A DNA stretch of 53,027 nt from a virus (Duplodnaviria > Caudoviricetes), in the IMG/VR virus record IMGVR_UViG_3300045885_000475, positions 1 to 53,027 of that record, one strand, 5' to 3'. The notes beneath the pieces are model-generated. The model was not told the origin of the DNA. It made no database searches and saw nothing but the letters and a program-made list of their open reading frames with translations. Below are positions 9,078 through 17,633 of this stretch, in pieces. The position numbers and the translations under genes were made by a program. Within the stretch, counting starts at the first letter, position 1, and each line of letters opens with the position of its first letter.

Positions 9078-9467
9078 ATGGAAGTCGTCAGGCGCAAGAT
9101 CGAGGCCGGGGCGAAGTGGTCGTTGTCGTACCTCAAGGTGGCGGCCGAGGAAGGCCGAAAGATCCTCACGCAGGACGTGCAGTATGACCACGCGGTCGAC
9201 CAGGTGGAGCTGCTGGCCTGCGAGGACGACCCGACGCACCCCAAGGCCCTCCTCGAGGTGCAGCAGCACGGCGACTTCTACGAGCTTAAGGAAAAAGGCG
9301 GGGTGCTGCGGAAGATCAACCTCCGGGTCTACTTCATCCTGGTGGACAGGCCGACGAAGACCCTGTGGGTGATCGGGTGCTACAAGAAGGAAGACGAAGG
9401 GCAGACGCCCAGGCAGATCGTGATCAAGATGAAGACGCGCGCGAAATATGTGAGGGACAGGCTGTAA
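9078..9467 (+). CDS. RelE/HigB-like (Gp49-type) toxin
   Basis: FYELK...LRVYF...LWVIGCYKK...QTP pattern typical of the RelE/Gp49 fold; upstream of an HTH gene. Confidence 0.7.
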   Translation: MEVVRRKIEAGAKWSLSYLKVAAEEGRKILTQDVQYDHAVDQVELLACEDDPTHPKALLEVQQHGDFYELKEKGGVLRKINLRVYFILVDRPTKTLWVIGCYKKEDEGQTPRQIVIKMKTRAKYVRDRL

Positions 9468-9474
9468 GGGGGCG

Positions 9475-9975
9475 GTGGACCAAGTGCAGTACGTGGGAGG
9501 AGATATGAGCCTCATGAAGGTGGACTCGGAGCGAGTGGTGCAGCTCGCAAAGATGGAGGAGATGGTGCTCGCCATCCTCCTCGATAGGATCGCGAAGCTG
9601 CCGAAGGAGGGCCAGGAGGACCTCGCGGAGTTGATGGACCTCTTCAGCAAGAGCACCACGAAGAAGGAGAGGGAGGAGATCCTGGAGTCGATGAAAGAGC
9701 TGCTCCAGCCGTCGTTGATCGGCGAGCTGGTCCAGGGTCCGATGCCGAAGTCGGGCACGAAGGACCTGGAGAACCGCGCCGCGTACCTGGGGCAGAAGAT
9801 CAAGGAGCTGCGCGCGAAGAAGAGCATGACCCAGGAGGACCTGGCCGAGCTCTCGGGGATCCCGCAGAGCTACATCAGCCGGCTGGAGGCGGGCCAGCAC
9901 AGCCCGTCGCACGCGACGCTGGAGAAGATCGCCCAGGCGCTGGGCGTCGACGTCCACCAGATCGACTACGAATAG
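9475..9975 (+). CDS. XRE-family HTH protein (HigA-like antitoxin or repressor)
   Basis: IKELRAKKSMTQEDLAELSGIPQSYISRLEAG...LEKIAQALGV. Confidence 0.85.
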   Translation: MDQVQYVGGDMSLMKVDSERVVQLAKMEEMVLAILLDRIAKLPKEGQEDLAELMDLFSKSTTKKEREEILESMKELLQPSLIGELVQGPMPKSGTKDLENRAAYLGQKIKELRAKKSMTQEDLAELSGIPQSYISRLEAGQHSPSHATLEKIAQALGVDVHQIDYE

Positions 9976-9990
9976 TCGCACGAGGCGGGA

Positions 9991-10026
9991 AAGAAAGGCC
10001 CCGGTGATGAGCCGGGGCTTTTTTTA
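9991..10026. terminator. Bidirectional intrinsic terminator
   Basis: A-rich 5' flank, GCCCCGG-N7-CCGGGGC stem, T7 tail; between convergent genes. Confidence 0.85.
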
Positions 10027-10920
10027 TGCCCGCGGGTGCGCTCGCCGGAGGACCTCCCGGAGCCGGCCCAGGGCGACGTGCGTGTACCGCTGGGTGCTCG
10101 TGATCGACTTCTGCCCCAGGAACTCCTGGACCTCCCGGAGGTTGGCGCCCCGCTCCAGGAGGTGCGTCGCGATCGAGTGGCGGAACATGTGGGGGTGCGC
10201 CGGCCCCTCCACGCCGGCGCGCGCGGCCGCCTTCACCACGACGTCGCGGAAGGGCGTGTAGCTGATCCGCGTGCCGCGGCTCGAGATGAAGAGCGCCTGC
10301 TCGTGCTCGCGGCCGCGGCGGTGCAGGATCTTGGCGCGCTCGGGGAGCCAGGCGGCGATCGCGTCGAGCGCCGGCCGAGTGAGCTGGAGGAGGCCCTCCT
10401 TCCTTGGCTTCTGGACGACGGTGGCCAGCCCCGTCTCGAACGACAGGCGGTCGAGGTCGATCCGCCGAACCTCACGCTCGCGGCCGCCGGTCGCGTAGAG
10501 CGCCTCGAGGATGGCGCGGTTCCTCAGGTTGTGGGCGCCGCCGATCACGCGGGCGACCTGGTCCTCCGTCCAGTAGTCCGGGAGCTGCTCCTCGAGCTTG
10601 ATCGGATCCAGGTCGTCGCAGGGGTTCGCCGGCACGAGCCCCTCGCGCTTCAGGTGGTGATAGAAGCAGCGGACGGCGACGATCCCGTCCTTGATGGTCT
10701 TCGAGGTCTTCTCCTCCTGGCGCTGGTGCAGGATCCAGCGCTCAAGGAACCGGAAGTCCACGGCGAGCGTGTCGACGCCCGTGAAGGCGAGGTAGGCGCA
10801 GAACGCTTTCAGCTTGGACCCATAGACCCGGATGGTGTCCGGCGCGAAGTTGCGCGCCAAGAGGTACCGCCGCCAGCTCTCGACCAACGCCGAGAGCATG
10901 GCGGACCGAGCTTCCGCCAA
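10024..10920 (-). CDS. XerC/D-like tyrosine recombinase
   Basis: YATGGR, HPHMFRHSIATHLLERGANLREVQEFLGQ, TQRYTHV; 298 aa with no arm-binding domain. Confidence 0.9.
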   Translation of the reverse strand: MAEARSAMLSALVESWRRYLLARNFAPDTIRVYGSKLKAFCAYLAFTGVDTLAVDFRFLERWILHQRQEEKTSKTIKDGIVAVRCFYHHLKREGLVPANPCDDLDPIKLEEQLPDYWTEDQVARVIGGAHNLRNRAILEALYATGGREREVRRIDLDRLSFETGLATVVQKPRKEGLLQLTRPALDAIAAWLPERAKILHRRGREHEQALFISSRGTRISYTPFRDVVVKAAARAGVEGPAHPHMFRHSIATHLLERGANLREVQEFLGQKSITSTQRYTHVALGRLREVLRRAHPRA

Positions 10921-11059
10921 AAATCCCCAGCTGCTGCCCGCACCCTACCCTTTTCCCCTGCGGGCGAACCACTCTCCACGTTGCAAGCCACGGAAGCCCC
11001 GGTCGCCTGATCTACGTTCAACGCATTTTGGAAATTTCGGTTCGGGAAAATAATTTCTC

Positions 11060-11087
11060 TTGACACACTCGAGCCATGCGGTAGTCT
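11060..11087 (+). promoter_or_regulatory. Early-operon sigma70 promoter
   Basis: TTGACA-N16-TAGTCT, preceded by an AT-rich UP-like tract. Confidence 0.65.
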
Positions 11088-11094
11088 CATCACC

Positions 11095-11353
11095 GGAGAC
11101 AAGCGCGTGATGATTCAGAGCCCGGCGACTCCTGCCCGCCCACCGGTCGTAGCGCTTGTCTCCAACACGCCTGTGGCCGGTGGGGCAGGGCTCGGCGGGC
11201 TCGATTTGGCGGGTCAGGCTTCCCATCAGGCGCGGCCGGAATAGTTGAAAGTCTCGGACTTCGACTAGTCGGCCCCTGATGGTGAAGCCTCCCGCAACGG
11301 GAGGCAGCAGTGGTAGTGCGAGACGGGGAGGGGGCTTCCAAGAAATCCCCCTC
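11095..11353 (+). ncRNA. Structured leader / putative regulatory RNA
   Basis: 12-bp complementary pair 11095-11106/11152-11163; long stems 11118-11202 and 11209-11295; alternative hairpin 11287-11305; hairpin 11328-11353. Confidence 0.6.
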
Positions 11354-11696
11354 TGAGGGCCCATGTGACCTCCGACCCACGGAGGCCCTGGTCGGGCCCT
11401 TTCAATCTTCGGGCCCGGTCATCCGGGTGGTCTGCAGGCGCTGCGGCGCCGTCCTGAGCGAAGGGGAGCCCGGGGCGGTCGAGCAGCTCGTGGTGTGCGG
11501 CCGCTGCGACCGGGACACCAGGCCGGCGCAGCAGCGCGAGTACTTCCCGGCCGTCCCCCAGGAGCCCCGCCGGTCGATCGAGGAGCAGACGTTCCTCGCG
11601 TACCTCCGGGGCCTGGGCCTCGAGGCCCTGCCGGTGATCCTCCTCGTCCCCACGGCCCTCCTCTGGGCGGTCAGCGCCCGGGCGGTGCTGGCGTGA
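11310..11696 (+). CDS. Small Zn-ribbon protein with a C-terminal hydrophobic segment (start uncertain, likely downstream of the leader)
   Basis: CRRC...CGRC; LPVILLVPTALLWAV; stop overlaps the next start. Confidence 0.5.
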   Translation: MVVRDGEGASKKSPSEGPCDLRPTEALVGPFQSSGPVIRVVCRRCGAVLSEGEPGAVEQLVVCGRCDRDTRPAQQREYFPAVPQEPRRSIEEQTFLAYLRGLGLEALPVILLVPTALLWAVSARAVLA

Positions 11697-12061
11697 GCGA
11701 GCACACTCCTGGCCCCTGGACCTGGCAGCGCGGCGAGAAGTGGCACCGGCTCCACGGCAAGGGTCCCGACGGCAAGCCGGTGACGATTCTCCGGGCGGCT
11801 CAGAACAACGGGCCGGTCATGACTCCGGCCAGGCGGTCCGACCAGGACCTCATCGCGGCCGCGCCCGATCTCCTCGCCGCCCTCCAGAGGTACGTCGACG
11901 CCTACCAGGGCTACATGGATGGACGCGAGAACGCGAGCGAGATCGCCGCCGCCGAACTCCAGGCTCGGCGCGCGATCGCCAAGACGGCGCCCCCCCCCAC
12001 GGGCTCCCTGACCTCCGCGGGCCCCTCCTTCCTCCCCCGGCCGAGTGGAGGTGACGCGTGA
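11693..12061 (+). CDS. Hypothetical phage protein (HTPGPW family)
   Basis: HTPGPW...LIAAAPDLLAAL motif common in phage early genes. Confidence 0.75.
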   Translation: MSEHTPGPWTWQRGEKWHRLHGKGPDGKPVTILRAAQNNGPVMTPARRSDQDLIAAAPDLLAALQRYVDAYQGYMDGRENASEIAAAELQARRAIAKTAPPPTGSLTSAGPSFLPRPSGGDA

Positions 12062-12237
12062 AGAACGCCTTCGACTCCGGCTTCTGTACGGCGACCCGTT
12101 GCCGCACGTTCCTCGAGCCCGGCCAGGGCGAGCAGTTCCAGCGGCCTGACGGCACGATCGACCGCTTCTGTCGGCGCCACGCCCAGGAGGAGTACTCCAC
12201 CCCCGAGCTGCAGACGTCTGCGGAGGTGCGGTCGTGA
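12058..12237 (+). CDS. Small Cys/His protein, 59 aa (not in the ORF track)
   Basis: GGAGGTGA RBS; GTGA overlaps at both ends; translated by hand. Confidence 0.6.
   Translation: MKNAFDSGFCTATRCRTFLEPGQGEQFQRPDGTIDRFCRRHAQEEYSTPELQTSAEVRS
12208..12223. promoter_or_regulatory. Palindrome site B (CTGCAGACGTCTGCGG)
   Basis: 1 mismatch to the core; overlaps the RBS of the next gene. Confidence 0.7.
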
Positions 12238-12422
12238 GCAACCTCCCGCGCGAGATCCGGATCGTCTGGGACTGCCTCTGCGGCGCCCATTGGTCGACGA
12301 CCTTCGACCTCAAGGCGCGCCCGCATGGCCGGACCCACCAGTGCTCCCTCTGCAAGCGGACGCTCGAGATCCACCGGCCGCGCCTGGTCGACCTCACGCC
12401 GCCGGCGGGAGGTGCCCGGTGA
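12234..12422 (+). CDS. Small Zn-finger protein
   Basis: CLC...CSLC; coupled start and stop. Confidence 0.6.
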   Translation: MSNLPREIRIVWDCLCGAHWSTTFDLKARPHGRTHQCSLCKRTLEIHRPRLVDLTPPAGGAR

Positions 12423-13240
12423 CGGAGAAGCTGATCGAAGTCCGCCAGTCCGCGCTCAACGACTTCGAGCTCTGCGGCGAGATGTTCCGCCGGAAGCACA
12501 TCGAGAAGGAGGCGGCCCCGCCTGGGACAGCCGCGCTCCGCGGCGGCGCCGTCCACGTCGGCGCGCAGAAGAACCACGAGCACAAGAAGGCCCAGGGCGC
12601 CGACCTCCCGAAGAAGGAGATCATCGAGATCGCCGTCGCCGGCCTCGAGGAGAAGAAGGCGAAGGAGGGCTTCCGGCTCACGCCCGAGGAGATGGGCGCC
12701 GGCGTCCGGACCACCCTGGCGCGGACGGTCGAGTCGGTGACGACGCTCACCGGCCTCTACGCGGACAAGGTCGCGCCGGCGATGAAGCCCGACCTGATCG
12801 AGCAGGAGGCGAAGTTCATCCTGCCGAACGGCGTGGTCTTCGGCGGCCGTCTGGACCTCTCGACCTCCGACAACCGAGTGAAGGACCTCAAGACCTCCGG
12901 GCGATCGAAGAGCCAAAAGGACGCCGACGACTCGCTCCAGGGGACGCAGTACTGGCTGCTTTTCACGAAGCTCAAAGGTCACGAGCCCGCGGGCTTCGAC
13001 CTTGAGGTCCTGGTCGACCTCAAGACCCCCAAGCACCAGCACATCGAGACGCACCGGACCCGGAAGGACGTCGAGGTCCTCATCAACCGCGCCAACGTGA
13101 TGCTCAAGTCCAACCAGCTCGGGATCTTCGCGCCGGCCGCGGTCGGCTCCTGGATTTGCACGCCCAAGTGGTGCCCCTTCTGGGATTCCTGCCCCTTCGT
13201 GAACTCGGAGCGGATGAAGGCCGCGGAGGCGCAGGAATGA
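12419..13240 (+). CDS. PD-(D/E)xK exonuclease, Cas4/RecB/AddB-like with putative Fe-S cysteines
   Basis: SALNDFELC, GxAVH, GRLD...DLKTS, Q...Y, CxxxxCxFxxxC. Confidence 0.85.
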   Translation: MTEKLIEVRQSALNDFELCGEMFRRKHIEKEAAPPGTAALRGGAVHVGAQKNHEHKKAQGADLPKKEIIEIAVAGLEEKKAKEGFRLTPEEMGAGVRTTLARTVESVTTLTGLYADKVAPAMKPDLIEQEAKFILPNGVVFGGRLDLSTSDNRVKDLKTSGRSKSQKDADDSLQGTQYWLLFTKLKGHEPAGFDLEVLVDLKTPKHQHIETHRTRKDVEVLINRANVMLKSNQLGIFAPAAVGSWICTPKWCPFWDSCPFVNSERMKAAEAQE

Positions 13241-13704
13241 TCGGTCAACGCTTTGGCCGCTGGGAGGTCCTCGCCTTCGCCGGAGTGACGGCGTACCACG
13301 CGCGCGTCTGGGCGTGTCGCTGCGACTGCGGCCGCGAGGGAAAGGTCCTGGAGCAGAACCTGAAGCGAGGAAAGAGCGCCCGCTGCAAGGCGTGCCACAA
13401 CAAGGCGGCCGCGACTCGGCACGGCGGCTCGACCACACCCGAATACCTGATCTGGGGGACGATGATCCAGCGCTGCACGAACCCCAACGTGCGGCGCTGG
13501 GTCGACTACGGCGGCCGCGGCATCCAGGTCTGCGACCGCTGGCGCAACTCCTTCGAGGCTTTCTTCCAGGATCTCGGCCCCCGCCCGAGTCCCGAGTACT
13601 CCATCGACCGCATCGACAACGACGGGAACTACGAGCCCGGCAATGTGCGCTGGGCTACGGCAGAAGAACAGGCCAACAATCGCCGGCCTCGGCAGCCGGC
13701 CTGA
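13237..13704 (+). CDS. HNH homing endonuclease
   Basis: CRCDCG; YGGRGIQVCDRW; SIDRIDNDGNYEPGNVRWAT. Confidence 0.9.
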   Translation: MIGQRFGRWEVLAFAGVTAYHARVWACRCDCGREGKVLEQNLKRGKSARCKACHNKAAATRHGGSTTPEYLIWGTMIQRCTNPNVRRWVDYGGRGIQVCDRWRNSFEAFFQDLGPRPSPEYSIDRIDNDGNYEPGNVRWATAEEQANNRRPRQPA

Positions 13705-13718
13705 GAAAGGAGACGGAT

Positions 13719-14825
13719 GTGGCGAACGGAAAGACGGCGGTAGCGGGCCCGATGACCGACTCCGAGGAACTGCCCTCGATGCCGGCGGATCTCCTGGCGC
13801 AGGGGAAGTCCCTGATGAAGGCGGGGACGCCATTCGTGACGGCGATCTCCGTCCAGAAGCCCCGGGACCTGGACAAGGTGGTGGCGGCGATCGACCGCGA
13901 GGCCGAGTACGCCGGCGACTCCTTCTGGTATGGGTGGGTCGACAAGAAGGGCAACCGGATCGAAGGCCCGTCGATCGGCCTGGCCAACAGCCTCGCGCGC
14001 GAGTGGACGAACTGCGCGGTGACCTGCGCCCTCGAGGAGAACGAGGAGGCGTTCTACATCACCTCCCGGTTCATCGATCTCGAGAAGGGTTCGCAAATGG
14101 AGCGCATCTTCCGTCAGCGGAAGAACTCCGTCGCGGGCAACTTCGACCCCGACCGCAAGCTCGACATGGCGCTCCAGATCGGAAGCTCCAAGGCGATCCG
14201 GAACGTCGTGTGCAACTCGGTCCCGCGGTGGCTCGTCGAGCGCGCGATCGAGAAGGCGAAGCTGGCGGTCCAGAAGAAGATCGACCCCAAGAAGCTGGAC
14301 GAGCACAAGGCGAACGCGCTCGCTTTCTTCAAGAAGTACGGCGTGACCCAGGAGCAACTGGTCTTCAAGGCCGGGAAGCCCATGGCCGAGTGGACCACGC
14401 GCGAGATCGCCGACTTCCAGGCCGACGCCAAGGCGCTGCAGAACGGCGAGGCCTCGGTCGCCGACCTCTTCCCCTCCCCCGAGACGAAGGCCCCCGAGGG
14501 CCCGATCACGGGCAAGGCGGTCGCCGACGCCATCATGCCCGACAAGCCCGCGGAGGCCGCCCCGGAGGCGGGCCCGAGCGCCGAAGAGCAGGAGCGGATC
14601 CGGCTGCGCGAGATCGCGTCCACCAAGGCGATGCAGTGCAGCTGGTGCGGCGGCCTCTACGGCGCCGACACCGTCGAGGAGATGGACGCGCACATCGAGA
14701 AGGACCACCCGGGCAAGCCGACCTCCGGTCGTCCGAAACCCACCCCCTCGACTCAGAAGGCTCCGGCGGCGCCCTCCAAGGCCCCGCCGGCGAAGCCGGG
14801 AGGCCCTGGCCTCTTCGGCTCGTAG
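13719..14825 (+). CDS. Putative recombination/single-strand annealing protein with a C-terminal C2H2 finger
   Basis: IEGPSIGLANSLAREW motif; near the exonuclease; CSWC...HIEKDH; function inferred from context. Confidence 0.55.
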   Translation: MANGKTAVAGPMTDSEELPSMPADLLAQGKSLMKAGTPFVTAISVQKPRDLDKVVAAIDREAEYAGDSFWYGWVDKKGNRIEGPSIGLANSLAREWTNCAVTCALEENEEAFYITSRFIDLEKGSQMERIFRQRKNSVAGNFDPDRKLDMALQIGSSKAIRNVVCNSVPRWLVERAIEKAKLAVQKKIDPKKLDEHKANALAFFKKYGVTQEQLVFKAGKPMAEWTTREIADFQADAKALQNGEASVADLFPSPETKAPEGPITGKAVADAIMPDKPAEAAPEAGPSAEEQERIRLREIASTKAMQCSWCGGLYGADTVEEMDAHIEKDHPGKPTSGRPKPTPSTQKAPAAPSKAPPAKPGGPGLFGS

Positions 14826-14841
14826 GCCGAGCCTCAACGAA

Positions 14842-14871
14842 GGAGGGCTCCTCCACAGCGGGGAGCCCTCC
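14842..14871 (+). terminator. GC-rich intergenic hairpin without a U tract
   Basis: GGAGGGCTCC/GGAGCCCTCC 10-bp stem. Confidence 0.45.
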
Positions 14872-14886
14872 GGTGGAGGCTCGACC

Positions 14887-15222
14887 ATGACGAACATGCA
14901 GCAGCCGGGCCCGCGCGACCTGGAGCGCCGGCTCAAGGAGCAGGGGCTCATGCTGACCCGGCTCAAGCGCGAGCGCGAGCAGATCGAGGAGGACCTGGTC
15001 GCCGCGCAGCTCGACAGCCAGCTGACCGGAGACAAGTACCTCCGGGCCGATGACAAGCGCACCAAGGTCCGGATGGAGCTGGAGCGGCTCACCACCTTCA
15101 TCAAGCTCAGGCACTGGTCGACCCACCCGAAGCACAAGCGTCGGCCGGCCTACGGCTGCGACTTCTGCGCGCAGATCGCGTCGGCCGAGAAGGTTAAGCA
15201 CGAGACGGGTCCGGAATTTTGA
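14887..15222 (+). CDS. Hypothetical coiled-coil protein
   Basis: GGAGG RBS; 111 aa; ends with H/CDFC motif. Confidence 0.7.
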   Translation: MTNMQQPGPRDLERRLKEQGLMLTRLKREREQIEEDLVAAQLDSQLTGDKYLRADDKRTKVRMELERLTTFIKLRHWSTHPKHKRRPAYGCDFCAQIASAEKVKHETGPEF

Positions 15223-15233
15223 AGGAGACGGGC

Positions 15234-17498
15234 ATGCGCGTGACGACGAAAGGCTTCAAAGCGCACGACGCGGACCACGAGCTGGCCGCGCTTACGGTGC
15301 TCTCCGGGCCGAACGGCTCGGGCAAGTCCACGATCGCGGATGCGGTCCGCTTCGGCGCGCTGGGGTACATCCCCGCCCTGGGGAAGCGGCCGGTGGACAC
15401 GGCGGTCCTGATGGCGAACGGCGGGCTCCAGGTCGAGATCTCGCTCGACGACGGCCGCACGATCGCGCGCGGGCTGTCCCGGACCGACAAGGGCTACACG
15501 CAGACGGCCGAGGCCTCCTGGATCCGGAACGCGAAGCCCCAGGAGACGGGGAAGGCGATCCTCGGGCTCTTCGGCGCCGAGGAGCAGGACGTCGCCGAGT
15601 GCCTGGACATTCGCCAGCTGCTCGCCGCGACGCCCAACCAGCGGGCTTCCCGCCTCGAGCAGCTGCTCTCGGCCGGCCAGCGGCCCGCGGAGGAGAAGGC
15701 CGCGGCGGTCGCCCGCCTGGTCGTGATGCGCCTGGCCGACACGACCGAGGAACGGATGCCGGCGAACTACCTCCAGGCGATGCCCATGGTCCCCGAGCGC
15801 CAGCAGCAGGTCCTCCGGGAGATCGCCGGCATGCTCAAGGCGAAGATCTTCGAGGCCGGGATCCCGGGCGCGCTCGACTGGGCGAAGGAGGAGAAGAACC
15901 GGGCGGCCGACGGCCTGAAGAAGAAGACGGCCGCGGAGTACGAACTCAAGAAGCGGACGCTCGAGGTCGTCGAGCCCGACGAGCGCGAGATCTCCCGCCT
16001 CGAGGCCGAGCGCGGGAAGCTCCAGCGGGAGCTGGGGTCGCTCGACGCGCGACACGGCGCCTGGGCCACCCTCGCCCAGCGCCGGCGAGGCCTCGAGGAG
16101 TCGCTCGGGGGTGTGCGCGACTACGTCGACATGGCAGAACGGCAGCTGGTCGACGCCGAAGCCGTCCACGGGAAGGCGATCCAGGACCTCGAGGAGAGCC
16201 GGAAGACCATCGCCGGCGCCCAGGCGGCCCTCAAGCTGCCCGCCGCGGCCGACTACTCCAAGGCCGAGGCGATCGAGATGGAGTGCCGCGAGATCGCGGA
16301 GCAGGCCCGGGCGATCGAGTTCCCCGAGGTCCCCACCGTCGAAGCGGCCGCAGCGAAGGTCGAGGCCGCGCAGCGCGAGATCGAGCGCGCCAAGTCCTCG
16401 AGCTGGTCGGAGGTCCTGGAGATCGCCGAGAAGATCGCAGACGTCTGCACGACGAAGGGCGCGAAGGACGCGACGGCCAAGCCCCTCAAGCGCCTCCGGG
16501 AGCTGGCCCGCGCCGGCCTGGGGTCCGATCCCGAGGAGCTGAAGCACGCCCTCGACCTGGCCAAGCACGACCTCAGCACCCTCGAGACGAAGCGGTCGAA
16601 GGCGCAGAAGGAGCAGCTCCAGCTCTCGGCCCAGGTCGACGAGCTGAATGCCCGGGAGCGGAAGCGCTTCGCCGAGGCCCAGCAGATCCGAACCGCCGTC
16701 GCCGACGAGTGGCGGAAGGCGAGCGAAGCCTATGAGGCCAGGCGCCGCGAGCTGCTCGACATGAGCCAGCGCGCGGAGAACCAGATCGAGACGCACCGCC
16801 GCGCCCTGGCGGCCGCGCGGGAGCAGAAGGCCACGGTGGACCGCCGCCAAGCATCCCTCGTGGACCAGCTGCGCGGCATGGGCGAGGCCCAGGAGGCGCC
16901 GCCCGACCCGAAAAAGGTCCGGGAGGACCTGGCGGCCGTGAGCCAGCAGCTGCAGCGCCTGGTCGACGCCCGGGCGGTCCACAAGGAGATCCACGTCGTC
17001 CTCGACTCGATCGAGGAGGCGAAGGCCGAGCGCGACGTCTACGCCGGCGTCGAGTGGGCCCTCCAGCGCCAGCGCGAGGTCGAGATCTCGGAGGCCGGCG
17101 GGCCCCTCCTCCGGACCGCCCGCGAGTTCCTCCAGGCCGCCGGCCGGCGCGAGGAGCCCTTCATCCGGGCGGCCTCGGGCCTCTGCGCGATCGGGTGGAA
17201 GACCCCCGAGGGCCGCGAGGTCCAGATCCAGGCGCTCTCGGGCGGCGAGTGGTGCGTCTACGCGGCCGCGCTCACGGCCGGCGTGGTCCTCGCCCGCCCT
17301 TCGGCGGTCAAGGTCCTCCTGGTCGAGGCCGGCGAGTGCGACGAGGTCCACTTCGCGCAGCTGCTCGCCGGGATCCGCAAGGTCGCGGACGAGGGCCGGG
17401 CCCTCACCGCGGCGATCGTGATGACTCCCCGGGCCGTCAAGACGCGGCCCGAGGGCTGGAAGGTGATCGAGACGGAGCTTCAGAAGGCGACGGCATGA
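15234..17498 (+). CDS. SMC/Rad50/SbcC-like ABC ATPase
   Basis: N-terminal Walker A GPNGSGKST, long coiled coil, signature LSGGE, degenerate Walker B VLLVE. Confidence 0.85.
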   Translation: MRVTTKGFKAHDADHELAALTVLSGPNGSGKSTIADAVRFGALGYIPALGKRPVDTAVLMANGGLQVEISLDDGRTIARGLSRTDKGYTQTAEASWIRNAKPQETGKAILGLFGAEEQDVAECLDIRQLLAATPNQRASRLEQLLSAGQRPAEEKAAAVARLVVMRLADTTEERMPANYLQAMPMVPERQQQVLREIAGMLKAKIFEAGIPGALDWAKEEKNRAADGLKKKTAAEYELKKRTLEVVEPDEREISRLEAERGKLQRELGSLDARHGAWATLAQRRRGLEESLGGVRDYVDMAERQLVDAEAVHGKAIQDLEESRKTIAGAQAALKLPAAADYSKAEAIEMECREIAEQARAIEFPEVPTVEAAAAKVEAAQREIERAKSSSWSEVLEIAEKIADVCTTKGAKDATAKPLKRLRELARAGLGSDPEELKHALDLAKHDLSTLETKRSKAQKEQLQLSAQVDELNARERKRFAEAQQIRTAVADEWRKASEAYEARRRELLDMSQRAENQIETHRRALAAAREQKATVDRRQASLVDQLRGMGEAQEAPPDPKKVREDLAAVSQQLQRLVDARAVHKEIHVVLDSIEEAKAERDVYAGVEWALQRQREVEISEAGGPLLRTAREFLQAAGRREEPFIRAASGLCAIGWKTPEGREVQIQALSGGEWCVYAAALTAGVVLARPSAVKVLLVEAGECDEVHFAQLLAGIRKVADEGRALTAAIVMTPRAVKTRPEGWKVIETELQKATA
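16435..16450. promoter_or_regulatory. Palindrome site C (TCGCAGACGTCTGCAC)
   Basis: 1 mismatch to the core; inside the SMC-like gene (encodes ADVC). Confidence 0.65.
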
Positions 17499-17617
17499 CA
17501 ACCTGCGTTCGATGCGGCGCCGCCGAACACGGCGCCGCTTCATGTTGGGTTTGCCACGCGGCCTGGCGCCGGCAGGGGTGGCACTGGTGGTGCCCGATCT
17601 GTCCGTGCCTGAATTGA
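17495..17617 (+). CDS. 40-aa Cys-rich Zn-finger peptide
   Basis: MTTCVRC...CWVC...CPICPCLN; ATGA overlap. Confidence 0.55.
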   Translation: MTTCVRCGAAEHGAASCWVCHAAWRRQGWHWWCPICPCLN

Positions 17618-17633
17618 GAAAGGAGACGGGGAC

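Noticed and set aside
11008-11037. dif-like/attP site upstream of the recombinase (minus strand AATTTCCAAAA-TGCGTT-GAACGTAGATC)
   Set aside because: Only weak resemblance to a XerD arm; cannot be supported without the host sequence.
11432-11446. CTGCAGGCGCTGCGG as an eighth palindrome site
   Set aside because: Needs a 1-bp deletion plus mismatches; other partial hits (4932, 20229) have 3 or more mismatches.
12419-13240. Cas4-like gene as evidence of a CRISPR system
   Set aside because: No repeat-spacer array or other cas genes; the context is a phage recombination module.
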